64,000 bases of DNA from Paraspadella gotoi (lineage: Eukaryota; Animalia; Chaetognatha): NCBI GenBank assembly GCA_051294375.1, contig CM119263.1, positions 7,208,494 through 7,272,493 of the forward strand, in the 5' to 3' direction. The notes below the pieces were generated by a model. The model saw nothing but the letters and a program-made list of their open reading frames with translations. It did no database searches and had not been told where the DNA came from. The first letter of the stretch is position 1, and the number at the start of each line of letters is the position of its first letter. This document shows positions 1-13,650 of the stretch, piece by piece. The position numbers and the translations under genes are program-made.

Positions 1-292
1 CATTTTCCGCCCACAGGAACAGGAATTTTCCAACATTTCGGAATGCATTAGGATCAATGTGCCGCCGTCGTCGTTGTTGTCGCCATCGTCGTCGTTGTTG
101 TCGCCATCGTCGTCGTTATCGTCGTCTTCACCGATTTCTAGCAGAATCGATAGAAGGGAGAACAGAGGCAGGCGAGAGCGAGAGACTAAAGTCGTTACGA
201 GAAGAAAAGGGATACGATAAAAAATTTGAAGATGATATGAAGCTGAGACTGTCTTTGACCGATAGAAATAAGATGAATTAAATGAGTTTAAC

Positions 293-319
293 AAATAATA
301 TAATAATAATAATAATAAT

Positions 320-387
<68 letters not shown>

Positions 388-395
388 TAACAATA
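293..395. repeat. (TAA)n microsatellite grading into (CAA/TAA)
   Basis: Directly visible trinucleotide run. Confidence 0.97.
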
Positions 396-647
396 ACGCG
401 ACTCTACAGTATTTACATAGTATACAGTGACATAAGCCTTGCCTGACCAATGAAGACCAAGATGTACATTGACTCAGTAAGATGGATCACGACTGAAAAT
501 GTTAAGAATCACGCATAGTCCATTACTGACGAAAACTTTGCCAGGTTTTAACCAAAAAAAGAGGAGATGAACCCTGATTCAGAAATAGTGAACCTCTACT
601 GATCAAGTCGAAAACTAAACAGACCTCGGACCGACTTGAATCGAGGG

Positions 648-972
648 AGACCGACCGACCGACCGAGCCGACTGCCGAACGACCGACCGAACCGACCCAG
701 GACCGACCGAACCGAACCGACCTGACCGACCGACCGACCGAGCGACCGACCGACCGACCGACCGCGACCGACCCGACCGACCGACGCGAACCGCGACGCG
801 ACCGATCCGACCGACGCCGACCGACACCGACCGACCCGACCGACCGAAGCCGACGGCGAGCCGACCGACCGCACGCGACGACCGACCGACCGATCCGACC
901 GACCGACGAACCGACCGAACCGCGAGCCGAACCGACCGAACCGACCGACCGACCGGAAACCGACCAGCGACC
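648..972. repeat. Degenerate (CCGA)n tetranucleotide repeat
   Basis: CCGA/GACC units with many single-base indels. Explains the GRSV-rich ORFs at 596-1084. Confidence 0.95.
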
Positions 973-2483
973 GCAGCGGAGGAGCCTGAAATAAATTCAT
1001 GGTCGCTGTCGTGCCCCGCCCCGTCCTAAGTTTTAAGCGGGAATCTCTGGGCGCGTGATTCGTTGCCCATAGTTCATGCACCATAGCCGTTTTACGACCG
1101 CCTTACCATAATAGGGCAGTCAAAAGGGTTAGTTTGGTCTAATCGAGGGAAACGGTTGTTCGAAGGTTTTCGGGAAGAAGGTTTCAACGCATCATATGTA
1201 CCGTAATATGGTTTGAATTATTCTCGATATAATAGTATCAGGAGACAATATTTATTATCTATTGAATGACTTATTGCATATTTATCGAATGAATGGATAA
1301 TAGTATATCGGTTTTACAGTACCAATTTTATAAATATACGTATCGGCGAAAATCAACTTCAATTATATTCCGCGGTGGAAGAAATAAGGAATATTCTCAC
1401 ATTTGGAGAATGCATTCCTTTCCTAATGAATTATAGAATAATTATAGTATTATATTATAGTATAATTTATACCGTGACAAACCCAAGGTCATTTCTCGAA
1501 TTAACAAACCTGAACTATGGACGCATCTTTTACTCAGTATTCGTCCAGGGAAAAATCTCTCAGCAGCTCGTCGCCTAGCAACGCGTATCCTTTCGACGAC
1601 AACCGATTTAAACTCTACGTTTTTTTTGTTGATCTTATCCATTGTAAATTGGGGTTCTTCTCGCCGTCGTCGATATCCTCAGGGATCAGTTTTCACTCAG
1701 TGAGCTTCTCTAACGGGGGGGCATCTTATATTATTATTTATTGTTATTATTATGAACACAAACTATTTGCTACACTTCCACGATGGCGAGTTCGCCGGTT
1801 TCGAACTCGAGTCCTAAATATCTCGCGAGAAAATCAACCCCAGTTTGAGCGATGGGAGACTGACGTAAATATAAACAAACAAAAAAGACAAACGAAGACG
1901 ACGACGGACGGCCGACGCGAGATCGAGGCTGGAAAAGGGGCGTTTCCATGGCGAGATGAATGATGATAAACATTGGGCGGGCATTTGGAATAAATGCGTA
2001 AACGCGGCTCTGAGACAGATGCTTAGATGCTGCCAATGCGGTCGAGTCCTTTTTTCTATGAATAAAGCGTTGCCTTGGCGTGTCGATGCGGAATGCTGTT
2101 TCTGTATTAGAGCATTAGCTGAAGCTTAGTATAATGGGTGTTTTTTTTGTTGCCAGATTTATCCATTCATAGCAATCACGATTGTGCTCCTTCCTGTTTC
2201 AAATCAGTCCGACTCCTATTCGCCTTCTCCCGCTCCAACTTACTTACGATTGCTCCTATTCCTTCCCACTCCTCTTCGCAATTTTTCGATGTTTGAAAAA
2301 TAATAATATATTAAAAGTTGTACGTACCTTAGTTTTTGTTTTTTTTCCAGAGATTCTTTTTCTTTTTTCTTTGGGGGAAAAGGAGGGCAGAGAAAAACCC
2401 CACGAGGGAATAAGATATTAGTACGAAATTTCCATTTATGTGAATCTATGCATAAGGTAAGGAAACCGACCTCGAACCTTTAG

Positions 2484-2760
<277 letters not shown>

Positions 2761-3272
2761 AAAACAACGCCGCCCACGACAGTTCAGAGCGGATAGACCG
2801 AGAGTAATTTGTTACGAAATTCGTGCAATGAAAGGGAATTTTTTTGCACGAATAAAAGGAGAGAAGGAAAAGGGAGGAAAGGGAGGAAAGGAGAGGGAGG
2901 AAAGGAGCGAGAAATGGGAGAGAAAAGAGAGGCCGGGGAGCGGCCCACCCAAAAAAAAAACCCAGTAAATCACGAATGGATTTTTGGTTCTGGGAGTTAG
3001 AGATTTCCAACCAACCGGAAAAAATGAGAGATTGTTCCTTGTTTTAGAGATTGAAAAATTCAAATCAGCGTTGTTAGAAAAACGCAGTCGTCGGGTTACA
3101 AAATGAGAGAGAGAGGGAGAGAGAGAGAGAGAGAGGAAGAGAGAGAGAGAGAGGAGAGAGAGAGATAGAGAGAGAGATTGCATTTTTTCGATTTGATTTA
3201 TTTATGCTCAAAATGTAAAATGTTAACACCAGTAAACAATGTAACAGTTAATGAGCCCGCTACCATATACAT

Positions 3273-3915
3273 TTAAGGCGCCTATGAAAGTTTACATACG
3301 GAAAATTCTAAAATTTTGTCAATTATGAACAACATACCATCATGTTGAATATTAATATGTAAAAAATAATAAATTTATGTTGTTTAATCTTTCGCAGTAG
3401 GCTATATTGTGATTATATAGTTACTATCCTTATAAATCGAAAAATTATTAAAATATGCTTTTCTTAATTTGCATTGCAGATTTTGAATTCTTCTTCAAAA
3501 GTTGATAAAGAAAATATAAATCATTTTTAAAAATTCTTTCTTAAGGTGTAAAAAATTAAAAAAAAATACATTTAATATATAAAAAGTTAATTTTTCAGCT
3601 TAAAAATATAGGCCTTTTCTAATTTTTGACCCACTTAATATGAAGAGATTTTTCAAAAAAAGAGTATATTTCTTTCTATATCAACTTTTTATGACGAATC
3701 CAAAATCTGCCCTAAAAAAAATTTTAGAAAAAATGTTTTTTAAAATTTTAATTATTTATTGATAGTACTAGTATTAATATTGGCCTACTGCCTAACAATG
3801 TAAAATTTATTATAAATTTTTTTATTAACATAAATGATTATTAGTATAATGTTGTTCATTCCTCACTTTAGAATTTTAATTAAAAGTTAAATTTAGAAAT
3901 TTTACTAACGCTTAA
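3273..3915. mobile_element. AT-rich foldback, non-autonomous DNA transposon (MITE) flanked by TTAA
   Basis: Nested inverted matches: ATGAACAACAT (~3325) / ATGTTGTTCAT (~3849); GCAGTAGGC (~3394) / GCCTACTGC (~3783); GCAGATTTTGAATTCTTCTTCAAAAGTTGATA (~3476) / TATCAACTTTTTATGACGAATCCAAAATCTGC (~3678-3709). Ends are TTAAGGCG...CGCTTAA. Confidence 0.75.
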
Positions 3916-3989
3916 TATACATTAGTGTAACACATTTAAAGAAATGTAAATAAATTAACAAACAAAAAAATACAAAGTGGACTTAAGAC

Positions 3990-4364
3990 GAGCAAGACTG
4001 TAAAACAATAAGCTTACAGAGGTGAGAGAGTTAAAAGCATCAAGCGTCAACTGATTTGCTAATATTGAGAGGAAAAGGCGAGACGAAACATCGGGATGCA
4101 CAAACTATGTTTTCAATGAGATGATTCTGACAGACAGAGGCGTTAGAAAGAGAGAGAGAGAGATGAGAGAGAGACGAGAGGAGAGAGACGAGGAGAGAGA
4201 AGACGAGAAGAGAGAGAGCAAGACTGTAAAACAAAGAGCTACAGAGGTGAGAGAGTTTAAAAGCGATCAAGCGTCAACTGATTTTGTAATATTGAGAGGA
4301 AAGGCGAGACGAACTCGGGAGCAAACTATTGTTTTCAATGAGATTGATTCCGACAGGACAGAGG
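3990..4364 (+). repeat. ~150-bp direct duplication next to an N-gap (3990-4140 vs 4218-4364)
   Basis: GCAAGACTGTAAAACAA...GACAGAGG occurs twice. The copies differ mostly by 1-bp indels and the second abuts the gap, so this is probably a gap-extension artefact. Confidence 0.85.
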
Positions 4365-5062
4365 NNNNNNNNNNNNNNNNNNNNNNNNNNNNNNNNNNNN
4401 NNNNNNNNNNNNNNNNNNNNNNNNNNNNNNNNNNNNNNNNNNNNNNNNNNNNNNNNNNNNNNNNNNNNNNNNNNNNNNNNNNNNNNNNNNNNNNNNNNNN
4501 NNNNNNNNNNNNNNNNNNNNNNNNNNNNNNNNNNNNNNNNNNNNNNNNNNNNNNNNNNNNNNNNNNNNNNNNNNNNNNNNNNNNNNNNNNNNNNNNNNNN
4601 NNNNNNNNNNNNNNNNNNNNNNNNNNNNNNNNNNNNNNNNNNNNNNNNNNNNNNNNNNNNNNNNNNNNNNNNNNNNNNNNNNNNNNNNNNNNNNNNNNNN
4701 NNNNNNNNNNNNNNNNNNNNNNNNNNNNNNNNNNNNNNNNNNNNTTGTTTTTCCGGATTGAAACCCCATGCAAATTCTTTTTTTCTTTTTTTTTTGTTCG
4801 CGCGAATTTTGTTGAAAATACTAGAAAGAACGCGGGACTCAAGCTCTTTGCTAACAAATATTTTTGATTAAATGTAACGTATATTACTAATTTAATACAT
4901 ATATATTAGATATATACCATACGGACATTGGACATCTCGCCAGGTTGACTCCGGGTGTCGATTCAGAATTTCTATTTATTCAGTTTTTTTTAATTAACTG
5001 ATTACCAATTTTTTTTTTACAATTTACTACATAAATAAAAAAAATGTAAAAAATAAACTTAC

Positions 5063-6861
5063 CAGGGCTCTCGTCGTCGTCGGATTCCGCGGCGCCGACG
5101 CTGCCTCCCAATCCACCTTCCGGCGCCGACGCGTCCATTCGCGGCGCCAGCGTCGACGCCGAGGCCGATGCGGAGCCGAAATCGTCGATCATGCGGCGCC
5201 CGACGTGACCCGGCTCCGTATTGCGGTGCCCGCGATGCTGCGTCGTTTTCCCGCCGGACTTCTTAATCTTGACGCCGAAATCGAAATCCGTCGGCGGCTC
5301 CGGCGGCGTCGGCGACGACGACGACGACGACGACGTCGACGATCCCTTCCCAGTTCCGGCGCGCTTTCCTCCGCCGGTCGCCTTGACGACCGCTTCCAAG
5401 CTGCTCTCGTCGAACCAAGGCGGGACGGCGAGACCGTCCTCGGCGGCGTTGTGGTCGGCGGCGCCGTAGAACGCCGCTTCTACGTCATCGGGGCCGCGAG
5501 AGAATCTGGCGTCGTTGGCGTCGTCGTCGGCGGCGTCGGCGGCGTCTTTTTGACGACGGAATTCGGCCTCGACGAAACTCGGGAGGAGAGGAAGAGAAGA
5601 GGAGGATGAGGAGGAGGATGAGGATGAGGAGGATGAGGGGACGAGGCGATCGACGGACGGAAACAAGGAACGACGAGATCGAAAGATTTGTCGTTGTATC
5701 TCTGACTGTTCCTGCTGCAGCGGATCTCGACGACGCTGCTCCTGCGTCTCCTGCGGCGGATCCCCGCTTTGTTTTGATTGTCGTCGCGAATGACGTCGTC
5801 GTTGTTGTTTTTGTCGTTGTCGTCTCACCGTCGGGCTTTGTTTATGGCGCTCAAAATATTGCCGCGTTTCTTTTGGATCTCCGAGGAAAGAGGCTCTTCT
5901 TTCCGCTTCCTTCCTTCTTTCCTTTTGCTTAGTCATTGGTTGTTCTGTTGTTCCAGATCGGTTGAAATATGAACTCGAGTCTTTGGAGATGTTGTTGTTG
6001 TTGTTGTTGTCGTTGTTGATTATTCGGTTGATGTTTATTTCTTTTCTTTTTCTCTCTTCCTTTACTCCGCTTTTCCCAGGTTTTTCCTCCTCCTCTTCCT
6101 CTTTCTTATCGATCTCCTTTCGTCCTCCTTTTTTCACCTGGTTTCCCGCCTCGAGTCTTTGGTTTCGACGGAAGTTCGCTTTTTCTTTTCTTTTTCTTTT
6201 CTCTCTTTTATCGGCTTTCCTCCATTCTTCTCTTTTATCAGCTTTCCTCCCTTCCTCTTTTTCATGTTCTTTCCTCTCTTTCTCTTTCTTAACTTCTTTA
6301 CTCTTATCTTCTTTTTTATCAGCTTTCCTCCCTTCTTCTCTTTTATCCGCTCTCCTCCCTTCCTCTCTTTTGTCTTCTTTCCTTTCCTCCCCCCATTTCC
6401 TCCCTCCGGATGCGATTGAAATGAATTCTTCGGCGCCATTGAATCCGGATGTAATTGAATTCCCCTGACGACGCCGGCGACGTTCGGTCGACGAGGAGGC
6501 GACGCCGGAGAGTTCGCCAACGACGCCTTCCTTTCTTCCTCTTTCCTTTCCTTCTTTCCTTCTTTTGTTTCTTTCCTTTCTGCCTCCCTTTTCTTTTTCT
6601 CTCTCCGCCCTCGATTTCTTCTGCCTCCTCTCTTCTCTTCTATTCTTCCTTCCCGTTAATGAGGCAACGACGTCCTTTCCTTTCCTCCCTCTCCGAATTT
6701 TTCTTTCCTCCTTTTTCTCCGTCCTCCTCTTCGCCTCATTTTTTTCGTTACTCCTTTTATTCCTTTCCTTTTTCGCTTTTTCCTCCTTTTCTTTTCTCTT
6801 CCCGTTTCTTCGATGGGACTTCGGCGTCGTCGTCGTCGTCGTCGCCACCTTCGTCGTTTTC
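5063..6861 (-). CDS. Putative internal coding exon (Lys/Glu/Arg-rich, then Ser/Ala/Asp/Gly-rich), probably the same gene as 14743-16556
   Basis: Lies within the 647-aa open frame 4980..6923. Strong acceptor TTTTCTTTCTTTCCTCCCTTTTTTTAG|G with the exon starting at 6861 in phase 2, matching the upstream donor. Consensus donor CCTG|GTAAG (intron starts 5062, phase 1). Contains RSRR and GKR basic sites. Confidence 0.62.
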
Positions 6862-6963
6862 CTAAAAAAAGGGAGGAAAGAAAGAAAATTGTTTTTAAAC
6901 ATTTTTTTTACGAGACTTGACACAGTTTGGGGTTCGAACTCTGTCGAAAGAGCGAAACGTCAC

Positions 6964-6995
<32 letters not shown>

Positions 6996-7371
6996 NNNNN
7001 NNNNNNNNNNNNNNNNNNNNNNNNNNNNNNNNNNNNNNNNNNNNNNNNNNNNNNNNNNNNNNNNNNNNNNNNNNNNNNNNNNNNNNNNNNNNNNNNNNNN
7101 NNNNNNNNNNNNNNNNNNNNNNNNNNNNNNNNNNNNNNNGAGAGAGAGAGAGAGAGAGCGTCGTCAGACAACCATGAAAAACCAAAAGTCATAAGTTTTT
7201 CCTCAAGAAGCGAAACGGAGAGACTTCGTCTCCTCCTTAATTCTAACCTCAACTCGAACCCAAACTTTCGTCACTTGTTAAATTGTTGTCGTTGTTGTTA
7301 TTTTTGTCGTACTCGCTGACGCAGATAGGTAGAATTTTTTTTTGTTTTTAAAGATATAGTCTTGAGAAAAC

Positions 7372-7540
7372 AAAGTTTAATTCGGTACAAACAACGATTT
7401 TAATAGAATATTAGCGGATTTATTTCGCCTCTTATTTTTTCGATTCTTCATGAATGCGATAATAATAAAGATTCGCAAAAATAAGAGTCGAAACAAGTCC
7501 GCTAATATTTTATAAAAAATCGTTGTTTATAACAAACTTT
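7372..7540. mobile_element. Short palindromic hairpin element (MITE-like)
   Basis: AAACAACGATTTTAATAGAATATTAGCGGATTTATTTCGCCTCTTATTTTTTCGATTCTT (7389-7448) is an imperfect inverted repeat of about 7468-7528, with a ~19-nt loop. Outer AAAGTTT/AAACTTT extend the match. Confidence 0.65.
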
Positions 7541-7694
7541 TCCTCTAAATTCAAAACGCAACGAAAAGAAAGTTGAAACTGAATGTCTAAAAAATAGGAA
7601 ATAATTAAAAACACCAAAGAAATCTCACACGTTATTTTTTCTCTCTTTCTCTCTCAATATTCATTCAGTACTCTTCTCTTCTTTTCTTTTTTAT

Positions 7695-7835
7695 TTTTCC
7701 TCTTCCTCACTCTCTCCATCCCCTTTCTCCCTCTCTTCCTCCCTTTCTTCCTCTTCTTCTTTCTTCTTTCTTCTTTTTTCCTCTTCCTCACTCTCTCCAT
7801 CCCCTTTCTTCCTCTCTTCCTCCCTTTCTCCCTCC
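7695..7835 (+). repeat. Two-copy ~63-bp pyrimidine-rich tandem repeat
   Basis: TTCCTCTTCCTCACTCTCTCCATCCCCTTTCT occurs twice. Confidence 0.85.
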
Positions 7836-10800
7836 TAGACCCCGAAAGCAACGCTCCAAAAACTCGGAAAGTCGCCGACCGCGCGACTCGAGCGGAAGTA
7901 GAGAAGAATAAAAGAGAAGATGAAAGAGAGGAAGAGAGAGGAAAAAGAGGAAGAGAGATAGAAAAGTAGAACGAAAAAGGACAGGCTACATGGGTCAAAG
8001 GTAGAAAGCAATTGGGGAAAAACATGAAGGGGAGAGAAATAAAGGAAAGTTTTTAAGAAAAGAAAATGATGAAATAAAAAACAAAATTTACAAACAAAAG
8101 AAGATGATAATTTAAAAGAGGAAAAACCAGATAAAAACATAAATAGTGTAAGAAGGCGGGGTGTTTCTGTTTAGCCTCTCTCTCTCTCTGTCTCTCTCTC
8201 TCTCTCTCTCTCNNNNNNNNNNNNNNNNNNNNNNNNNNNNNNNNNNNNNNNNNNNNNNNNNNNNNNNNNNNNNNNNNNNNNNNNNNNNNNNNNNNNNNNN
8301 NNNNNNNNNNNNNNNNNNNNNNNNNNNNNNNNNNNNNNNNNNNNNNNNNNNNNNNNNNNNNNNNNNNNNNNNNNNNNNNNNNNNNNNNNNNNNNNNNNNN
8401 NNNNNNNNNNNNNNNNNNNNNNNNNNNNNNNNNNNNNNNNNNNNNNNNNNNNNNNNNNNNNNNNNNNNNNNNNNNNNNNNNNNNNNNNNNNNNNNNNNNN
8501 NNGGGGGGGGGTGTGAAAAAGCTGAGGGTAGAGAGAGATGGAATGAGGTTAGAGATTCTGAGGGTGAGGTTTTACCATGGAAAGAAAAGTGAGGAAAGTG
8601 AGAAAGGAGGTTAAATCGCTTAGTCGCGGCTTGAGGATGAAAGGTCAGGCTAGTAAACCAGTTTTGGAATCAGCGTGACCTTAAAAATGAATTATGCGCG
8701 GGTCTCGTGCGAATGAGTAAAGCACTCGCTCTGCCTATAAATAAAACTCGCATCAGTCAAGCGAAAAATCAGTCGGACGCAATCAATTCGTCAAGCAGAG
8801 CGTTTAATGTTTACTGACGGAAAGTTTTGATACATGCGTTTGTAGATTCATTTGTAGATTCTTAAGGGACGTCATGCATGGATTTCATATATCGATGTTT
8901 ATATTAAGTTTTTAGTGGATGCGACTGACCGAATTGCGTCTTTACACGTAATTGTCAGAATTTCATCTTGGTTGCATCTCAAAAAAACTAGACTTCAATT
9001 CATCCGTTTCGTATTGGCTGAATCCGTAGGAATTCAAACAGACTCCTCCCTTGTATGCATCTCACACTTGCTTTTTGGATGCATTTGACAAAATTCCGGA
9101 TTGCCCGCATCTGCGAGCTTTGCGTCTTGGCTGCATCCATCAGCCGAGCGTCTTGGCTGCATCTGTCAGACTGGCTTTCCGGTCGCGGATGCCTGTCAAA
9201 ACGTGCGGCCCGGGTTCTTCCTTTGAAACCGAGAACAAACGGGAGAAGAAATTCAGTTGAAATTCGGAGCAAAAAAACGAGAGAAGATAAGAGAAAATAA
9301 AATAATGAGAATAAAAAATAAGAAAAGAAGAAAAAGCAGAGGAAAAAAACAAATGGACATCGATTTGTTTAAAAAATTAACAGAAATAAATTGATTGTAC
9401 CAATTTTAACCATACATCCTTGTATAGAATAAAAACGTCTATGTATAGAATAAAGACACAAATTATCGAGGAAAAAAAAAACTCGAAAGAAGATAAAAGA
9501 AAAAAAAAACAATACAAAGAAGGAAGCGATTATTTTATCGGATTCTTTATCCAATTTAACTCAAATTGGATTTCGAAAGAAGATAAGAATTTAAAAGGAG
9601 AACGCGTCTCCTGTTAGTCGGGATTTTTTTAAAACAGGCAAAACATTTTATGTACGCAAGAAAGAGAGCAAACCAAGAGAGAGAGAACGAAGAGGGAGAG
9701 AAGAATAGACGAGAGAAAAAAAGAGAGAGAGAAGAGAGAGAGAGAGAAGAGAGACGAACAACGACGAGCACAATAAACGAAAGAGAGAGAAGAGGAGAAA
9801 GAGTTTCAAACGCTTGCACCGGTGGCGTTAACGAAATTGTCCTTTAAACCGAAAAGAAGAAAGGTGCAATCGAATTTGGCCAAAATAAAAAGAAAAAAGA
9901 AAAAAGAAATTTGACAACACAAATCGAAAATGAAATGAAATGAAATAAAATAGAATGAAACTCGAGTCCAAGACAAGTGAGGAATAAAATTCGGTTTGAA
10001 ACGAATCCTCTTGATAAAAAAAAAACTAGAAAGAATTGGACGGGCGATGGAATCTCTCTCTCGACGGAGAAAAACAAATTGCTTCGACAAACATTGAAAA
10101 GTCGGAAAAACAAATACATTAACCACATCATCTAATTCCCTTTCTTTGCCCATTACTCCTCCTCTTTGCCTTTCATCCTCTCCTTTACTTCCTGGGTTCT
10201 TTAACTCTTTTTTTAGTAGTAAGTCAGTTACTTTTCGGTCGGTCTGTCGGTCCGTCGCTTCACCTTGGAAAAACCGTTCCTTGTTTTAACGTCTACCTTT
10301 TAATCCGTTTAAGTTTAAGTAGCATCGAATATATACCGCACTACTAAGTTTCAACAAGCCCTTAGACATTGGCTTTTTATATACATGTATGTAATATATG
10401 TAATATTATATATTATCGTTCTTTAATGTTTTTTTTTCTTACTTTCTTTTTTCTTTTTTTCAGTTTATGATTCTAGAATTGAAGTGAATAGTGATAATAT
10501 TTTTTGTAGTTTTTTGTGACGGATATGATAGTTGTGGTTGTTGTCGTTGTCATTGTAGTTGTAGTTCTACTACTTCAGAGACTACAAGTTCCTTTTTTTT
10601 TACATAAAACTAAACTAAAATAAAACAAAAGGACAACGCTTTCTCCGCTTCCTCAGCCTTAATAGGAGTCGAAACCAACTCGACGTTTCGAAATTGATGA
10701 AAGACTTTTCAGGTGAAAGGACCCTTGTAAATCCACTCTCAAACCACCCCTTCTAAAAAAATAAGCTTCTCCGTCAATCAAAGAAACGTAAATTTTCATC

Positions 10801-13650
10801 CCACACCTTTCACTCACCTACCCCTCTTCCACCAGCATTTCCTCTTCCACCCCCNNNNNNNNNNNNNNNNNNNNNNNNNNNNNNNNNNNNNNNNNNNNNN
10901 NNNNNNNNNNNNNNNNNNNNNNNNNNNNNNNNNNNNNNNNNNNNNNNNNNNNNNNNNNNNNNNNNNNNNNNNNNNNNNNNNNNNNNNNNNNNNNNNNNNN
11001 NNNNNNNNNNNNNNNNNNNNNNNNNNNNNNNNNNNNNNNNNNNNNNNNNNNNNNNNNNNNNNNNNNNNNNNNNNNNNNNNNNNNNNNNNNNNNNNNNNNN
11101 NNNNNNNNNNNNACCCCCCATCCATCTCTTCCACATCCCAACCATCTCTTACACACTCGGCCCGAGCGACTTCCTTCATTTTTCACAACGTTTTTTATCC
11201 TTTTATTGTTTCGATGAAAAATGAGACAAGAATTCAATTACATCGCGGGAATTATCGCTCGCGCCAAGCCGTCGTGGCGGCGGTGGAGCGTGGTGGCTGC
11301 GGCGGNNNNNNNNNNNNNNNNNNNNNNNNNNNNNNNNNNNNNNNNNNNNNNNNNNNNNNNNNNNNNNNNNNNNNNNNNNNNNNNNNNNNNNNNNNNNNNN
11401 NNNNNNNNNNNNNNNNNNNNNNNNNNNNNNNNNNNNNNNNNNNNNNNNNNNNNNNNNNNNNNNNNNNNNNNNNNNNNNNNNNNNNNNNNNNNNNNNNNNN
11501 NNNNNNNNNNNNNNNNNNNNNNNNNNNNNNGAGAGAGAGAGAGAGAGAGAGAGAGTCAACAAGGGAAAAAAAATCAAAGGAGTCGAGTTGGGAACTCTGG
11601 TTTCCCGCAATTCGTATTCATGGCAGATTTCTTTTCCTGAAGCATCTTTCAACGTCCATTTATTTATTTTTCGCGATCATTTTAAAGGCTTATTTAAATA
11701 AAGATTTAGATATAATTCTTTGTAAGTAATAATTTAAGCGATAAACTTTTCTCTCCCACCCATGTTTTACAGTTTTCTTAAATCAAATGGTAATATTTTT
11801 TTCTTTGATAACCTTTGACGTAGTACAGATTGCTTTATTATCCTGCTACACCATGCAAAACATCGTTTTTTTTTTAAGTTTCAATTACCGGAATATTTAA
11901 CTAAATTAAACAAAAACTTTTCAACGAGACCAGTGTATTTTTTATTTGAGCCTCTTTTTTTTCTCCCTGCGATCGGAGAAGAGCTGAGCTGAATATTTTA
12001 AAAGAAGCGAAATAAAGTGGAGATGATACGATGAAAAAAAAAAGAAGGCGGGCGAATGCTGACTAAGGATTCGCTCCAATGGGGAAAATAGTAATATTGC
12101 TTAATGCGGTTGGCTCTTTTGCAGCTATAATTCAGAGGATAGTGTCTGACGAAAGGATCAATATATGTGGTTTTTATCTTATTTTTTAGTAAATTAATGT
12201 TTTTCATAGGTCTTTAGTAAAATGATAACATTTCTTTTTTCTTCAATGCACCTGTTGAAATATCTATTCTTTACGATATGTATTCATACACTAATTGGTA
12301 TTAATTCAGGCACGGGAAATGGTTTCAAACGCAAAACCCAGCAAAGCTTTGTCGATCAAGTAACTTAATAGAAAAAACAAAAAACAAAGTGACTGAACAA
12401 AGAAGCTGCAAATATGAATGTAATGATATCGGACGATTGTTTTATTTTTAAACTAATAGAGAAAAAAAATATATGCAGACAAATATGCATAACTGAGAAT
12501 AAACGTTTTTAAAAAGTTCTTAAATTTTAAATCTGAAAAAAAAAGGTATTTTAGGGAAGAAATCAAATGCCTTTTTACTTCTCACCCATTTTCGACTTAA
12601 AAAAAAAGTTTCATTTTTAAGAAATGGCTTTTTTGATTTTTTTTCTTCCGCTCAAACCCTTCGGAGATTTTATGAGCTTCGATCCCAAACTCTTTTCGAA
12701 ACCAGCGGGATTTTGGAAATCAATGAAAACTGGGGGGCAGGGAAGGGGGTGGGGGGGGGGTTCGAGAATGAAAAGGTGCAGGGGAGAGGAAAAATTGTCT
12801 CACTGGGAATCAAAGTGCGAGGGGTGTTTACAATCTTCGATTTAAGGGTATACAAAATGTAATCCTTTATATCGATTGTCGAGCTTAATTGATTCGAGGA
12901 TAAGTATTGTTTATTAACTTGTATTAATTGTCGAGATTAATTAATCGAGGATAAAATTTGTTTCTCAATTTCATAATGTAGTTTATTACATTTTTGAGAT
13001 GAAATAAAAACAATTCGCTGAACAAGCTTGTTGGAAAACTATGTATATAATCCAAAATAATGTTCAAAAAAGTCATGATAGGTTGTTGGTAAAATATAAG
13101 CATGAGGGGAAAACGGGTCCCAGGCCCCGGCGGTGTTTGTAAAAAGATCTCTCCCCAACCCAACCTTCCTTTTGGTATTTTTTCGTGAACTTTTCGATTT
13201 TCTCCAGTTTTTTACTGACTCCTTCAACCTTTTGTGGCACAATAATATTTGCGCCTGGGTAAATATTTTGCATTGGTAGAGAGACTGAAAGGAAAAGAGG
13301 NNNNNNNNNNNNNNNNNNNNNNNNNNNNNNNNNNNNNNNNNNNNNNNNNNNNNNNNNNNNNNNNNNNNNNNNNNNNNNNNNNNNNNNNNNNNNNNNNNNN
13401 NNNNNNNNNNNNNNNNNNNNNNNNNNNNNNNNNNNNNNNNNNNNNNNNNNNNNNNNNNNNNNNNNNNNNNNNNNNNNNNNNNNNNNNNNNNNNNNNNNNN
13501 NNNNNNNNNNNNNNNNNNNNNNNNNNNNNNNNNNNNNNNNNNNNNNNNNNNNNNNNNNNNNNNNNNNNNNNNNNNNNNNNNNNNNNNNNNNNNNNNNNNN
13601 NNNNNNNNNNNNNNNNNNNATTTATTGTGTTTCTCTAAAAACTCGGCTCC

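Noticed and set aside
1511-1709. Candidate phase-1 downstream exon on the minus strand (…LIPEDIDDGEKNPNLQW…LLGDELLRDFSLDEY…VQ|GT)
   Set aside because: The phase-compatible frame has three stops (TGA, TAG, TGA) in about 66 codons, which is the chance rate. Recoding is unsupported, though sequence errors cannot be excluded.
12732-12760. G-quadruplex-capable G-runs
   Set aside because: Such tracts are common in this low-complexity sequence, and nothing in the context suggests function.
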